Source: Haliotis rubra
Lineage: Eukaryota
Direction: 5' to 3'
Assembly: GCF_003918875.1 (NCBI RefSeq)
Contig: NW_025766936.1
Coordinates: forward strand, 372,001-436,000
DNA length: 64,000 bases
A program made the translations under genes and the position numbers. Under the pieces are notes generated by a model, which saw only the letters and a list, made by a program, of their open reading frames with translations, did no database searches and was not told the origin of the DNA. This document shows positions 27,014 through 39,217 of this stretch, one piece after another. Every line of letters begins with the position of its first letter. The first letter of the stretch is position 1.

Positions 27014-27437
27014 TAGAACGTCACCTGTTGAGTAGAAAGTTATCTCTGACGTAAACCGTTACCTGTGGAGTAGAACGTTACCTGTTGAGTAGAAAGTTAC
27101 CTGTGGAGTAGAACGTTTCCTGTGGAGTAGAACGTTACCTGTGGAGTAGAACGTTTCCTGTGGAGTAGAACGTTACCTGTGGAGTAGAACGTTACCTGTG
27201 GAGTAGAACGTTTCCTGTGGAGTAGAAAGTTACCTGTGGAGTAGAACGTTACCTGTGGAGTAGAACGTTACTTCTAGAGTAGAGCGTTACCTGTGGAGTA
27301 GAACGTTACTTCTAGAGTAGAGCGTTACCTGTGGAGTAGAACGTTACTTCTAGAGTAGAGCGTTACCTGTGGAGTAGAACGTTACCTGTGGAGTAGAACG
27401 TTACTTGTAGAGTGGTGCGTTACCTGTGGAGTAGAAC
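27014..27437. repeat. 19-bp minisatellite, about 21 copies
   Basis: Unit gttacctgtggagtagaac. Confidence 0.95.
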
Positions 27438-27439
27438 AT

Positions 27440-28220
27440 CCTGAGAAGGATAGTTTAGCACAACGTGGCAGTAGACCACACAGTAGTTTGGTGATAGCAT
27501 ACTCAGAACTACTCCAACGAAATTTCTGAAAACCAGCAAAACACATTTATTACTTCATTTTAGACATCAAAAGAGATAATTTTTCAAACAGTACAGAGTC
27601 ATGAATTCCATGCAAGACTCTCTCGCGGTCATATACATGTAGTCTCCTGTGAAAACACAGCCTGTCCAACTTTAGCTGTATGTTTGATGCTGACACCAAA
27701 CTATAACTCGAAAATGCCGTTATAAATCATAATATAGAAATATTGTACAGCAATAGTTGTGTCACGTGCCGCTGTTACCTACTGCGTCATTATCTTCATG
27801 AGTCATTATCAAATACTGACGACAACAGGGCTGAATGTATCAATATTGCTCGACTTGTTACACCTGTCACAAACACACGCAAAGGCAAGTCAGTTGTTCA
27901 CCTGATAGGACACTGGAAGATCTTGTACAAGAACAGATTGGGAATTCCTCTAAACATCATCTGTGTCTCCCATATGTCGATATGTCCTCCTGTCTACCAT
28001 TAAATAGTTTGAAAGCTTTACTGAGTACTTGAATGTTGTAGTTCTGAGCAACTTTTTGAGCAAGTGTCGTATGACACTCTTTGAAATCCCCTTTGAAAGC
28101 GCCTGCTCAATTGTACCTCAAATGCTGTTAAATTTAGACCCCAAAGGTTGGAGCTGCTGAAATGTTGCTTGACAAAAATCGAAAGTTTACTACTGCAAAG
28201 ATGACGTCATCCCCTTGTCG
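27440..28220 (+). pseudogene. Decayed coding unit copy B (most diverged, with deletions)
   Basis: agaaggatagtttagca, tactcagaactactc, ccagcaaaa, tttttcaaacag and gactctctcgcgg are colinear with copy C and with the reverse complement of copy A. Confidence 0.5.
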
Positions 28221-28774
28221 TATAGTCTTCTGAAGAGTTTTTGTCACTGCGAATCTTTATGCATAGATCTATATATGAAACAGCCGAGGAGTCTTCAGTA
28301 GCCTTTATTACAAGTTCAGGTGGATACATCACTTAAAGGATGCATCTGTTGGATTTTATTGAACGATACCAGATCATGGATCTTCCTGAAGCTGAAGCTG
28401 AACTCCTTGACCAAGCATTAAATCCCGTAACGTAAAAAACTAAATCAGCCAGGGTTTGCTGCTGACATTATTCACATAACAGACCAGGCACAGCTCTATG
28501 TCACAAACACCACACATCGGCAAGAGTAAAGTCTGTCAGCTACACGCCTTTGATCCGGATTGAATGGCCATGTTATTTAGTCGAGAGAAATGGGAATGAC
28601 CCCAGTCAGATGTCCGCCATCACCATCCATTCATATCGTGTAGTTGTTGACGTCATACACTTGTAGTTTCAGCACATTTGTCGGACAGATACTCACTGAA
28701 CAACATCAGTGTTACATTATATGTAAGAAGCAACTGTGAGGTTTCAGGTTATACACACGAACAATGAGGATCAT

Positions 28775-28905
28775 TTTATGGATCTACAACTTCTTTTATC
28801 TGTGAAAAGCCACGTTTCGACATAGATTCTAATGTCGGAATGTATGTCGAAAGTGCTTCACAACAACATTAGAATCTGTCGAAACGTCGCCTGTCACAGA
28901 TTAAA
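28775..28905. mobile_element. Diverged relative of the palindromic Penelope-type mini-element
   Basis: Starts tttatggat..acaacttcttttat; imperfect inverted arms; hammerhead-like ttcacaac...gtcgaaacgtcgc at 28855-28890. Confidence 0.6.
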
Positions 28906-29099
28906 ACAATCACACACAAACTGAGTCTATACATACACATACAAAATGGCAAGATGAAAATACAGTTAAATCATGCAGGAGACTACATTAACGCATCTGT
29001 ATACCCAAGCAACACAGGAATATTTAGACAGGCTCTTCAAATGTTTTTTGTTCTCGGGAGATGATCTCTTTAGTATGTGCATCCCACACACGGGGTAGT

Positions 29100-30050
29100 C
29101 ACGCGCTAATGTTTTCATAACGGCATGTATGACGCTGTTGGTGCTCGGTGGTTTCTCTGCTGTTGTCATCCCATCACGCCCCCTCTATGCGTCTACTGTT
29201 ACTTAAGTCTGTCAGATCCGCCTAGTCGCAGACACAGACTGATTAAAAAGTACCCTCCGTAAACTAATTAAACTATCGTGCCCAAGAAGGATAGTGTAGC
29301 AAATACTTTAATTACCACGAGGTTGTAAGCCTTGTTGATCGCATGCTACATGGAGATAAAATGAACAACAAATCACAAAACCGTGTTGTTAGGGGACTAG
29401 CTTACTCAGAAGTACTCAAATAGAATTTCAGAAAGCCAGCAAAAGAAGCCTATTTCTAAATTCTGAGACAAACAGGAGTTTGATTGACGAAACCCTCGTG
29501 GAGGAAAAAGTGTTTTTCAAACAGGAAACAGTCAGCGTGTTCTATCAAGTTGGACCTGAAACATGCCAGGAAGCGAGCTAGACTCTCTCGCGGGTGTCAA
29601 CTTTACTGACATCTATGTACAACGAGTTGATAACTCATACTGACTTTAACTGTATCTGTGCGTCAATGTAGTGTGTGGCTGGAACACACGTCAGTACATG
29701 TAGATAGAAAAAGCGAATCATGGGGAGCCTGGTTCACTTTATCCTCAATGTAATAAAGAGGTGACGTCACACACACCATCCCCATGGCCTCCCGTTGGAG
29801 GACGTCTCTACCTGCTGCATGCGATGACATATACCCTCCAGTCTATACCTTCTCCACGCTGAAGCTTGGTGTACTCAAACCACTCTCGCCATGACCTAAC
29901 CTATTTAGTCTGAAGATGTGCCCTTAACGGTTACATATGAGTTTTTTGCCTCCAAAATGTGTGAATGTATGGAGAGGCTAGGTCGGCTTCATCACGCCTG
30001 AAAAGTGAACTGAGAATGTAAAGACTTTAGAAGATGCCTTGACATGGGTT
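29100..30050 (+). pseudogene. Decayed coding unit copy C (inverted relative to copy A)
   Basis: MTLLVLGGFSAVV (signal-peptide-like), VCQIRLVADTD*, YHEVVSLVDRML, EEKVFFKQETVSVFYQ; 29207-29547 is nearly identical to the reverse complement of 25411-25752. Confidence 0.5.
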
Positions 30051-32384
30051 GCGTTGACACTCGCCAGGAGCACGGACATCACCCAGGATCGGCAGCCGGG
30101 CAGTGGGTCCTGGAAGAAGGAGACGGAACTGTCAGATGTCCATACAGAAACAGACAACATATCACAACACTGTAAACATGTCTGTATATGTCACGTGACA
30201 TGAGGTAACGCCAGTAATGTGAAGCTGCTTGTAGGTATTGTGCACATTAACTACCGAGACTTTTGACTGCAACCCAAGTTTTTAGCAGAAAGATAGATTG
30301 ATATATGATAGAATCTGAAAGCAATTGTAAGCAACAGTCATATGCACTGAATCTGCAAGCAATTGTAAGCAACAGTCATATGCACTGACAATTTATGTCA
30401 TCGAATACAATGTTCAAAATAGAAGTGAAAGTGGAAGTCACTGAAATCCATCTCATGTTCGTAAGAGTTACTGCACTATATTTGTAACATAGCATGGTGT
30501 GGATGTTTAGCCGATTGTTCATTTCATTCATGACAAATTAAAGAAAGACATAATTATTTCTGTTTTGAAATGTTGAATTAGAAAAAGGCATTTATCATAC
30601 ACAGGAGATTTCTTAAGTTTAATACATATTCAAGGGTACGTACCATGGACAATTTCCATCGTATAAATGAACAATATTTCGACTTGGCTTCCACGATGAT
30701 TATATTAAGTGCTGTAAAACCACATAAGATTGACATTTTGCTGACTTGCAAATTGCCGTGCCAGAGATCAGCTGATATTAGCAAAGCTCTTATTTAAGTT
30801 CATTGGAACTAGCCTGTTAGTATATCTATTTTAAGCTTCAAAGTTTCTAATTCCCACACAAACACATCAATGGTGTTATTCTGCTTCATTTTTTTCTTGT
30901 TTCATTAATAGATATCTACACTGCACAATGTACATGTATATATTTGTGCATGTGTAATATTATTGCATTCCATAAGCACTTCTTTTATCTCTTGCTATAA
31001 ATAGTATAAAAATAACCTGTAAATAATGTGAGTATTTTGTAAGAAATGGACCAACATGACGGACACGTTTTAGAAAGGAAAGACTAATATGGTTAAAATT
31101 CTATTGTTTGAAAATGTCATGACTGGTACGTAGATTAAAGTCACTGGTTAGATTATAAGAGAGACATGATTTTCATTTAGACTAAGTATATTTAAATATT
31201 GATCAGTTAATTAAATTGTCAGAATTAAAACCAAGTAAACCAGACGTAAAACGAAATACTGAAGTAAAAGTAACATTTATAATCTGTTTTTGTGCGTAAT
31301 CTGCAATTAATGAAATGTTAAAATATCTATTGTGTTTCTTAAGTGCTGTAATACACTATTTTCCTAGATATTTAGGCAAAGACGTATTTGACCTGGAAAA
31401 TAGCTTTTTGTTTTTTCTGGTTTAGATGGACACAATAAAGCTCCGGTGACATGCTGCCTATTCTGTATATAATGAACACTGAAGGCCAACTGGTATTGTG
31501 AGTCTGATATTAATTCTGTTAATATTATACAATCGCCCTATTTCTATTATTAAAGTAGTCGTGAGCATTTAAATTTAGCTAAAGCTTTAAGATAAATCAT
31601 ATTGTTAATACAAAAAATATAATCTTCCAAAACAAATTCTATTTCAAATTGTCAATAAAAGTCTAACTTAAGAGAAGCTGTGATATTACCGTTCCATGTC
31701 TGTTAATCAATATCTTGACAGCGATTTACGAATTGGCCAGTAAATAGATCAGCACAGCCACCATCTTGATGGAACCAAACTTCACCAAACCCGTACCTAT
31801 ATAACAAGTTTCTAACATAACAATCCAAAAACTTTCCTCCCTTTTGAAGTGGCACGCTACTTCAGAATAATATTTGAATATTGGCTCAACAACCGCAACC
31901 ATTGTGCAATCATTCTATTGTAATGAAACACCTTCATACAGAATCTCTCAACCTCCCCTCTCGCTGTTAATACTCAATGCTAATTTACAAAACTTGTCAT
32001 AAACTGTGTCAACATCAGCGGATGTGTGCAAACCCCAATGGCTATAGAATATCGCAGCGCATTCAGTCGGGAACCACACGGGAGTGAGACGTTGGACCGT
32101 CGTTTACATCATTTCAAGAGGAGGGTTATCGCCCTTTGGAAACAAACAGCTCACCCCATTCATATTGTAGTATAGTAGTCCATACGAATCGTTATCATTC
32201 CGCATATTACAGACTGTACCAGAACATATCAACACAGATCTAAAGAGCCACAGCCGTAAACACTTTCAGGTAAATAATGATGGAAGTACCATCAGCTGGT
32301 TTGAGAATAAAAAAGGCAACCCTTTTTGCATAATCATAATCAGTCACTCCCGAGTCCAGATATTGTGTTTGTTTCCATCAAAGG

Positions 32385-32750
32385 AACTAAGGACTTGTAT
32401 CAAACATTTCTTGTCACTTGTGCGTCAGATTTGGGAATGTATTCCATATGTCTATCATCAAACGTTTTCAAAACTTCACTGAGGTCTTGAATGTTGTCAA
32501 ATAACTTTTGAGGGAGCGTCGTGTGGTACTCTTTGATATCATCAGGGAAACAGCTGGCTCGGATTTACTTCAAGAGTTCTGAAACGTGGAACCAATGGTT
32601 AAACCTGCTGGAAGATAGCTCGACATAAAAGACACAGATTATTGGAAAGTGGAAGTCACCACCGTTGTAATAGCCATGTGGATATTTTTGTCACTCTACA
32701 TCTTAACGCATAGATCTAAATATAAACAGATGAGGCCGCTTCACTGTATG
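32385..32750 (-). mobile_element. Penelope-like element RT C-terminal/thumb fragment (decayed)
   Basis: YLDL...DFHFPII..SSYLPA..G.HVSELLK*IRA.C..DDI....L.QKL...LKTF.DRH resembles the PLE pattern YLDL..YDKRDDFNF.I..SSNIP..YG.Y.SQL.RY.RAC. Confidence 0.65.
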
Positions 32751-32813
32751 TTATATATTTAGATCAGGTGGGCATCCAAGTCGAAAAACAAACGACATCA
32801 CTTTTCAACCACA

Positions 32814-33362
32814 TGGTGCATGTGATACACTTTGACCTGGAACTGGTGTAGATAGTGTTGTGTACGTGGTGCATGTGATACACATTAACCTGGAACTTGT
32901 GTAGATAGCGTTGTGTACGTGGTGCATGTGATACACATTGACCTGGAACTTGTGTAGATAGTGTTGTGTACGTGGTGCATGTGATACACATTTACCTGGA
33001 ACTGGTGTAGATAGTGTTGTGTACGTGGTGCATGTGATACACATTAACCTGGAACTGGTGTAGATAGCGTTGTGTACGTGGTGCATGTGATACACATTAA
33101 CCTGGAACTGGTGTAGATACCTGGAACTGTTGTGTACGTGGTGCATGTGATACACATTTACCTGGAACTGGTGTGTGTTGTTGTGTACGTGGTGCATAGT
33201 GATACACATTAACCTGGAACTGGTGTAGATAGTGTTGTGTACGTGGTGCATGTGATACACATTGACCTGAAACTTGTGTAGATAGTGTTGTGTACGTGGT
33301 GCATGTGATACATATTAACCTGGAACTCGTGTAGATAGTGTTGTGTACGTGGTGCATGTGAT
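32814..33362. repeat. 53-bp minisatellite, about 10 copies
   Basis: Unit gtggtgcatgtgatacacattaacctggaactggtgtagatagtgttgtgtac. Confidence 0.96.
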
Positions 33363-36300
33363 GCCTGAAGATTGCAACAGCAGAGGATGGACATGCTGCC
33401 ACTGTTATGTCCAACCATTTCCTATGCTACTGGATAAATCAGTAAGTTAAAAGTTTAATCTAGTCTTAATAGCTATTGTTGCTGTCATAACATTGGTGAT
33501 ATTCTTGTTTCGCACAGCAAAATAAGTCTTATGATATAACGCAGCTGTCTGGGAGTATAGATATTTGTCAGAAATAGCTGGTATGATCATGTTTCTACAT
33601 AACACGTTTCCCCTTAATTTGTACAACATGACAGTGTCAGGGGTACTGATCTGCACTCTAATAATATTTAACAGCATATATTATTCATGTATATAGTGAA
33701 GCAAAAACTGAATAGCAACTCAATGTGAATAAAGGGTGACATCTTACTAAACCTAGCTGCCATTTTGAAATCCAATATGCCCGGCGATGGGATGATTGGA
33801 ACATTTGGAATCATTCAGTTTAATGAGGGGTTTAAGAAAATGTGTACATCTGCTAATCTCAAAATTCTTTGAACAATACTATATAATACAATGGAGTATA
33901 TGTCTACAATTGTCCTCATGATAAATTTAAAGTATTTGTATGCGAATGTATACATCTACATTGCCGTAATGAAAGTCATTGAATAACATAAACTAAATCA
34001 AACTTTTCAAAGATTAACGGAAATGCCTGACAGGAGTCTGTCTCGCTCATGTTGTCAGCAGGCCAATGTTTTGAGAGAGTGTACATCCCAGTATTCTACA
34101 TGCCAACAGTCATTTCAAACAATCGTTTCTTTTCCAGTAAATGTATCTGGTCATCTGCGATCTTATGGGTTTTTTTCAGCTTCTCAGGAGGGAACGATCG
34201 AGCTGATCGAGGTTTCGCCGAGTCACGACACTAGAAGAAATATTGAGTGAAGAAAAAGCATGTAGTGTTAGGTTTAATAAACTCTTAATAGGGTTATAAT
34301 AAAATACAATGTTTAACACTTATTTAACGGGTGTTTTTGCTTGTTTTTGGTGGGTTGTGGTTGAGTTTGTTGTTGTTGTTGGTGGTTTTTTTGTTGTTGT
34401 TGTTTTGGGGTTTTTTTTTGGGGGGGGTTGTGTTTGTTTCCTAATGTCTGAACATCAAAATCAAATAGAAATTTTCGTTTATTTGTTACATATTTAGTTT
34501 CTCTTTGCCTATATTGTTTTCGGAATATTGGCTCTCAGCTACTAATGTGTTATTGTTTATAGTTATATGTCATAAACGACGTTTAATAATAATAAATAAA
34601 TCTTGTATGTTGTACTGTACAATTAGATTCACAAGATTATTTTATTTTTATTATTATATTATTTTAAAGGATGGATTCCCTTGTTAGCGAATTTAACAGC
34701 GGAGAAAATGTGGTCTTTTCTGAATTAGGTGAGTCTCTCTCTGGTTTGATCTTAGTTTTCCATGGAATATCAATAACTGCACTCTGTGGTCAATACGGTT
34801 GGCCTATAGTGTTTGTAGACCAATCCATCAACAAAAGGTGCTGGAGTCATTTGATTTCTTTCAACCACACAGGGTATAGTCTTCTTCATACTTTGTGCAG
34901 CCCCAATGGTTCCCGAAGAAGAGGTAACAAATCTTCTAAATCAATGGGGTCATTTGTCCTTCACCCTTTCTGGTGACCATGGCTACGGCTGTGCCACTTG
35001 GATTCCAGAAACAGTAGGTTGATAGTTGAAAACAGTGCAAAGCCCATTAATGTCGTTGCATATGTGTGGTTTCGTTTTACCCATTCTCAACGATGTTCTC
35101 TGTACATCAGATGAGGACGACTGCATGTAAGGCTATTATATGGATGAAATGTTGTCTTTAATAGGATGACTTACATGCCAAGGACAGAGCGATGCTCAGA
35201 ATGGAAAGATATGCAAGGAAACTTATATTATATCTAAAGGAGGTAGAGACGAGCGCCATATTGCGGTGCGTTCATCATCAACCATTGAGACAGTAACTGA
35301 CTGGTCTACTCGGAAGTCACAGCTATTTCTGTTCTAATCAACGCAAAACAGAAATAATGAAACATCTCAACGTTATATAGACAATATTGTCAAAAAGAAA
35401 TGCGTTCGGTTACAATGGTCTTCTACAATATACAGTTTGACATTACGAATATGAACTTTTTTAATGTAAATGTAATTGTCAATACTTTCTGTTCCTGTTT
35501 CACGTCACACCACCTGTGTGGAGGCGGTGCACGCATATACTCTCCAACACCCTCATTCCACTGATTCTGATGGACACTTTCTAATTACATGAAACGCCGG
35601 TGTCAGAGAATAATCTGTCTCGATTATCTGTCCAAACAGATTCCATTTGACGCAAACACATGGAAAGAAATATTTTATCCTTTTATACCATAAAACTGGT
35701 TTGCTATAGAATTTATCACTACAGACCCCTCTCAAAAAATCAACTATAGATTATTTCCCCTGGCTCATGACGTCATTGCGGCAAAAAGAGCCCGAGGTTG
35801 TGTGTGGAGGCAGCATCTGTATAATTCGACCGAGATAGCCTTTCAGAACAGAAGACGAATGTCAAGCTATGAAGTACTGTGGAGGAAATACTTTTAGCTT
35901 GTCACTGAAGCACGACTACAGCATCGCGATGGTTCTGCAGCTTCTACACGTATGTTACACCGAGCTGGAAGTCATATCAAGTGAAATCTATAACTGCCAT
36001 GAAAGTGTGACTGTGTAAATGTGGCCGGTGAGAACCGAGAGGAGAGTGCCGTTCAACACTTACATTCTCATTCTAAACACAATTCTCAAATATGTGACAA
36101 CAAATATACAAGTAACAAACTTTAAAAACTACTCAGAACAGAGCACGACAGCTACAATAGTCCTAATAAACATAAACATTTGTCTAACAATTGAAACAGG
36201 AAAATAAATATTTACCTGAAAAGACATGACAGGCCTGTACCCTCCCGTAAGGTTATAATTCACTACATTACTCTATACTGTAAGGTTTCTTGGCGTAGTA

Positions 36301-36759
36301 GTTACTGAGAGCTGATGCTTAGCAAGTATACAATAATATCATTTTTAATATCAAAATATTTCGTTTGCACTTAAACGAATCAAGATCAATATCACATTTC
36401 GGCCATATACATGTTCAAACAGGGCTCAATTCGCTGAGCCAAACGTTACATGAGAGTTATTCCTAACGTTCTGTTTCTCTACACAATTAGTTATTTTGTC
36501 TTTTGTCCCAGTGTTTGTCTGTAGATCATACCTGTGTTTATAAATAGATGATTCTTAAAGATACTTTAGGACTTCAAGCTTCGGTCTTATTGAAAGCTTT
36601 GACCTTACACAGTTTAGATGACCACACACTAGGTCTAGGATAACCTTATGGTCATCCTCACTGTCAGTGAGAGGTGGAGTGGACAGTGGCATAGCATCAG
36701 ATGGACACAGTCCGCTGCGTCAAGCTTACACATATACACACAGCAATACTCGGCAATGG

Positions 36760-39217
36760 GTGGGCGTGCATGACAGTGCCTGCAGAATGTGGGCGTGCTC
36801 GACAGTGTGCCTGCAGACAGTAAACGTGCATGACAGTGTGCCTGCAGACTGTGAGCGTGCTTGACAGTGTCCCTGCTGACTGTGAGCGTCCTTGACAGTG
36901 TGTCTGCAGACTGTTGGCGTGCATGACAGTGTGTCTGCAGACTGTTTGCGTGCTCGACAGTGTGTCTGCAGACTGTGAGCGTGCATGACAGTGTTTCTGA
37001 CAGTGTGCATGACAGTGTGCCTGCAGACTGTGAGCGTGCATGACAGTGTGTCTGCAGATTGTGAGCGTGCATGACAGTGTGCTTGCAGACTGTGAGCGTG
37101 CTCGACAATGTGTCGACTGTGAGCGTGCCTGCAGACTGTTGGCGTGCATGACAGTGTGCCTGCAGACTGTTAGCGTGCGCGACAGTGTGCCTGCTGACTG
37201 TGAGCGTGCTTGACAGTGTGTCTGCAGACTGTGAGCATGCATGACAGTGTGCCTGCAGACTGTTGGCGTGCATGATAGTGTGTCTGCAGACTGTGGCGTG
37301 CTTGACAGGGTGCCTGCTGATTGTTGGCGTGCATGACAGTGTGCCTGCTGACTGTGAGCGTGCTTGACAATGTGTCTGCAGACTGTGAGCGTGCATGACA
37401 GTGTGCCTGCAGACTGTTGGCGACTGTTGGCGTGCAGTGTGCCTGCTGACTGTGAGCTTTTTTGACAGTGTGCCTGCAGACTGTGAGCGTGCTTGACAGT
37501 GTGCCTGCAGACTGTTGGCGTGCATGACAGTGTGCCTGCAGACTGTTAGCGTGCGCGACAGTGTGCCTGCTGACTGTGAGCGTGCTTGACAGTGTGTCTG
37601 CAGACTGTGAGCATGCATGACAGTGTGCCTGCAGACTGTTGGCGTGCATGACAGTGTGTCTGCAGACTGTGAGCGTGCATGACAGTGTTTCTGCAGACTG
37701 TGAGCGTGCATGACAGTGTGTCTGCAGATTGTGAGCGTGCATGACAGTGTGCTTGCAGACTGTTAGCGTGCGCGACAGTGTGCCTACTGACTGTGAGCGT
37801 CCTTGACAGTGTGTCTGCAGACTGTTGGCGTGCATGACAGTGTGTCTGCAGACTGTTTGCGTGCTCGACAGTGTGTCTGCAGACTGTGAGCGTGCATGAC
37901 AGTGTGTCTGCAGACTGTGAGCGTGCATGACAGTGTGTCTGCAGATTGTGAGCGTGCATGACAGTGTGCTTGCAGACTGTGAGCGTGCTCGACAGTGTGC
38001 CTGCAGACTGTTGGCGTGCATGACAGTGTGCCTGCAGACTGTTAGCGTGCGCGACAGTGTGCCTATTGACTGTGAGCGTGCTTGACAGTGTGTCTGCAGA
38101 CTGTGAGCATGCATGACAGTGTGCCTGCAGACTGTTGGCGTGCATGATAGTGTGTCTGCAGACTGTGGCGTGCTTGACAGGGTGCCTGCTGACTGTTGGC
38201 GTGCATGACAGTGTGCCTGCTGACTGTGAGCGTGCTTGACAGTGTGTCTGCAGACTGTGAGCGTGCATGACAGTGTGCCTGCAGACTGTTGGCGTGAATG
38301 ACAGTGTGCCTGCTGACTGTGAGCTTGCTTGACAGTGTGCCTGCAGACTGTGAGCGTGCTTGACAGTGTGCCTGCAGACTGTTGGCGTGCATGACAGTGT
38401 GCCTGCAGACTGTTAGCGTGCGTGACGAGTGTGCGCGACAGTGTGCCTGCTGACTGTGAGCGTGCTTGACAGTGTGTCTGCAGACTGTGAGCGTGCATGA
38501 CAGTGTGCCTGCAGACTGTTGGCGTGCATGACAGTGTGCCTGCAGACTGTGAGCGTGCATGACAGTGTGCCTGCTGACTGTTGGCGTGCATGACAGTGTG
38601 CCTGCTGACTGTGAGCGTGCTTGACAATGTGTCTGCAGACTGTGAGCGTGCATGACAGTGTGTCTGCAGACTGTGAGCGTGCATGACAGTGTGTCTGCAG
38701 ACTGTGAGCGTGAATGACAGTGTGCCTGCTGACTGTGAGCGTGACAGTGTGCCTGCAGACTGTTGGCGTGCATGACAGTGTGCCTGCAGACTGTGAGCGT
38801 GCCTGCTGACTGTGAGCTTTTTTGACAGTGTGCCTGCTGACTGTGAGCGTGCTTGACAGTGTGTCTGCAGAATGTTGGCGTGCATGACAGTGTGCCTGCA
38901 GACTGTTGGCGTGCATGACAGTGTGTCTGCAGATTGTGAGCGTGCATGACAGTGTGCCTGCAGACTGTTTGCGTGCATGACAGTGTGTCTGCAGACTGTG
39001 AGCGTGCGCCACAGTGTGCCTGCAGACTGTTGGCGTGCATGACAGTGTGCCTGCAGACTGTGAGCGTGCTTGACAGTGTGCCTGCTGACTGTGAGCGTCC
39101 TTTACAGTGTGTCTGCAGACTGTTGGCGTGCATGACAGTGTGCCTGCAGACTGTGAGCGTGCTTGACAGTGTGCCTGCAGACTGTTGGCGTGCATGACAG
39201 CGTGCCTGCTGACTGTG
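36760..39217. repeat. 31-bp minisatellite, about 78 copies, with block duplications
   Basis: Unit gactgtgagcgtgcatgacagtgtgcctgca; source of several overlapping minus-strand ORFs. Confidence 0.98.

Noticed and set aside
25188-29769. Paired TGACGTCA (CRE) sites as divergent promoters
   Set aside because: Both lie at homologous positions inside the duplicated decayed coding unit, so they are not independent evidence of promoters
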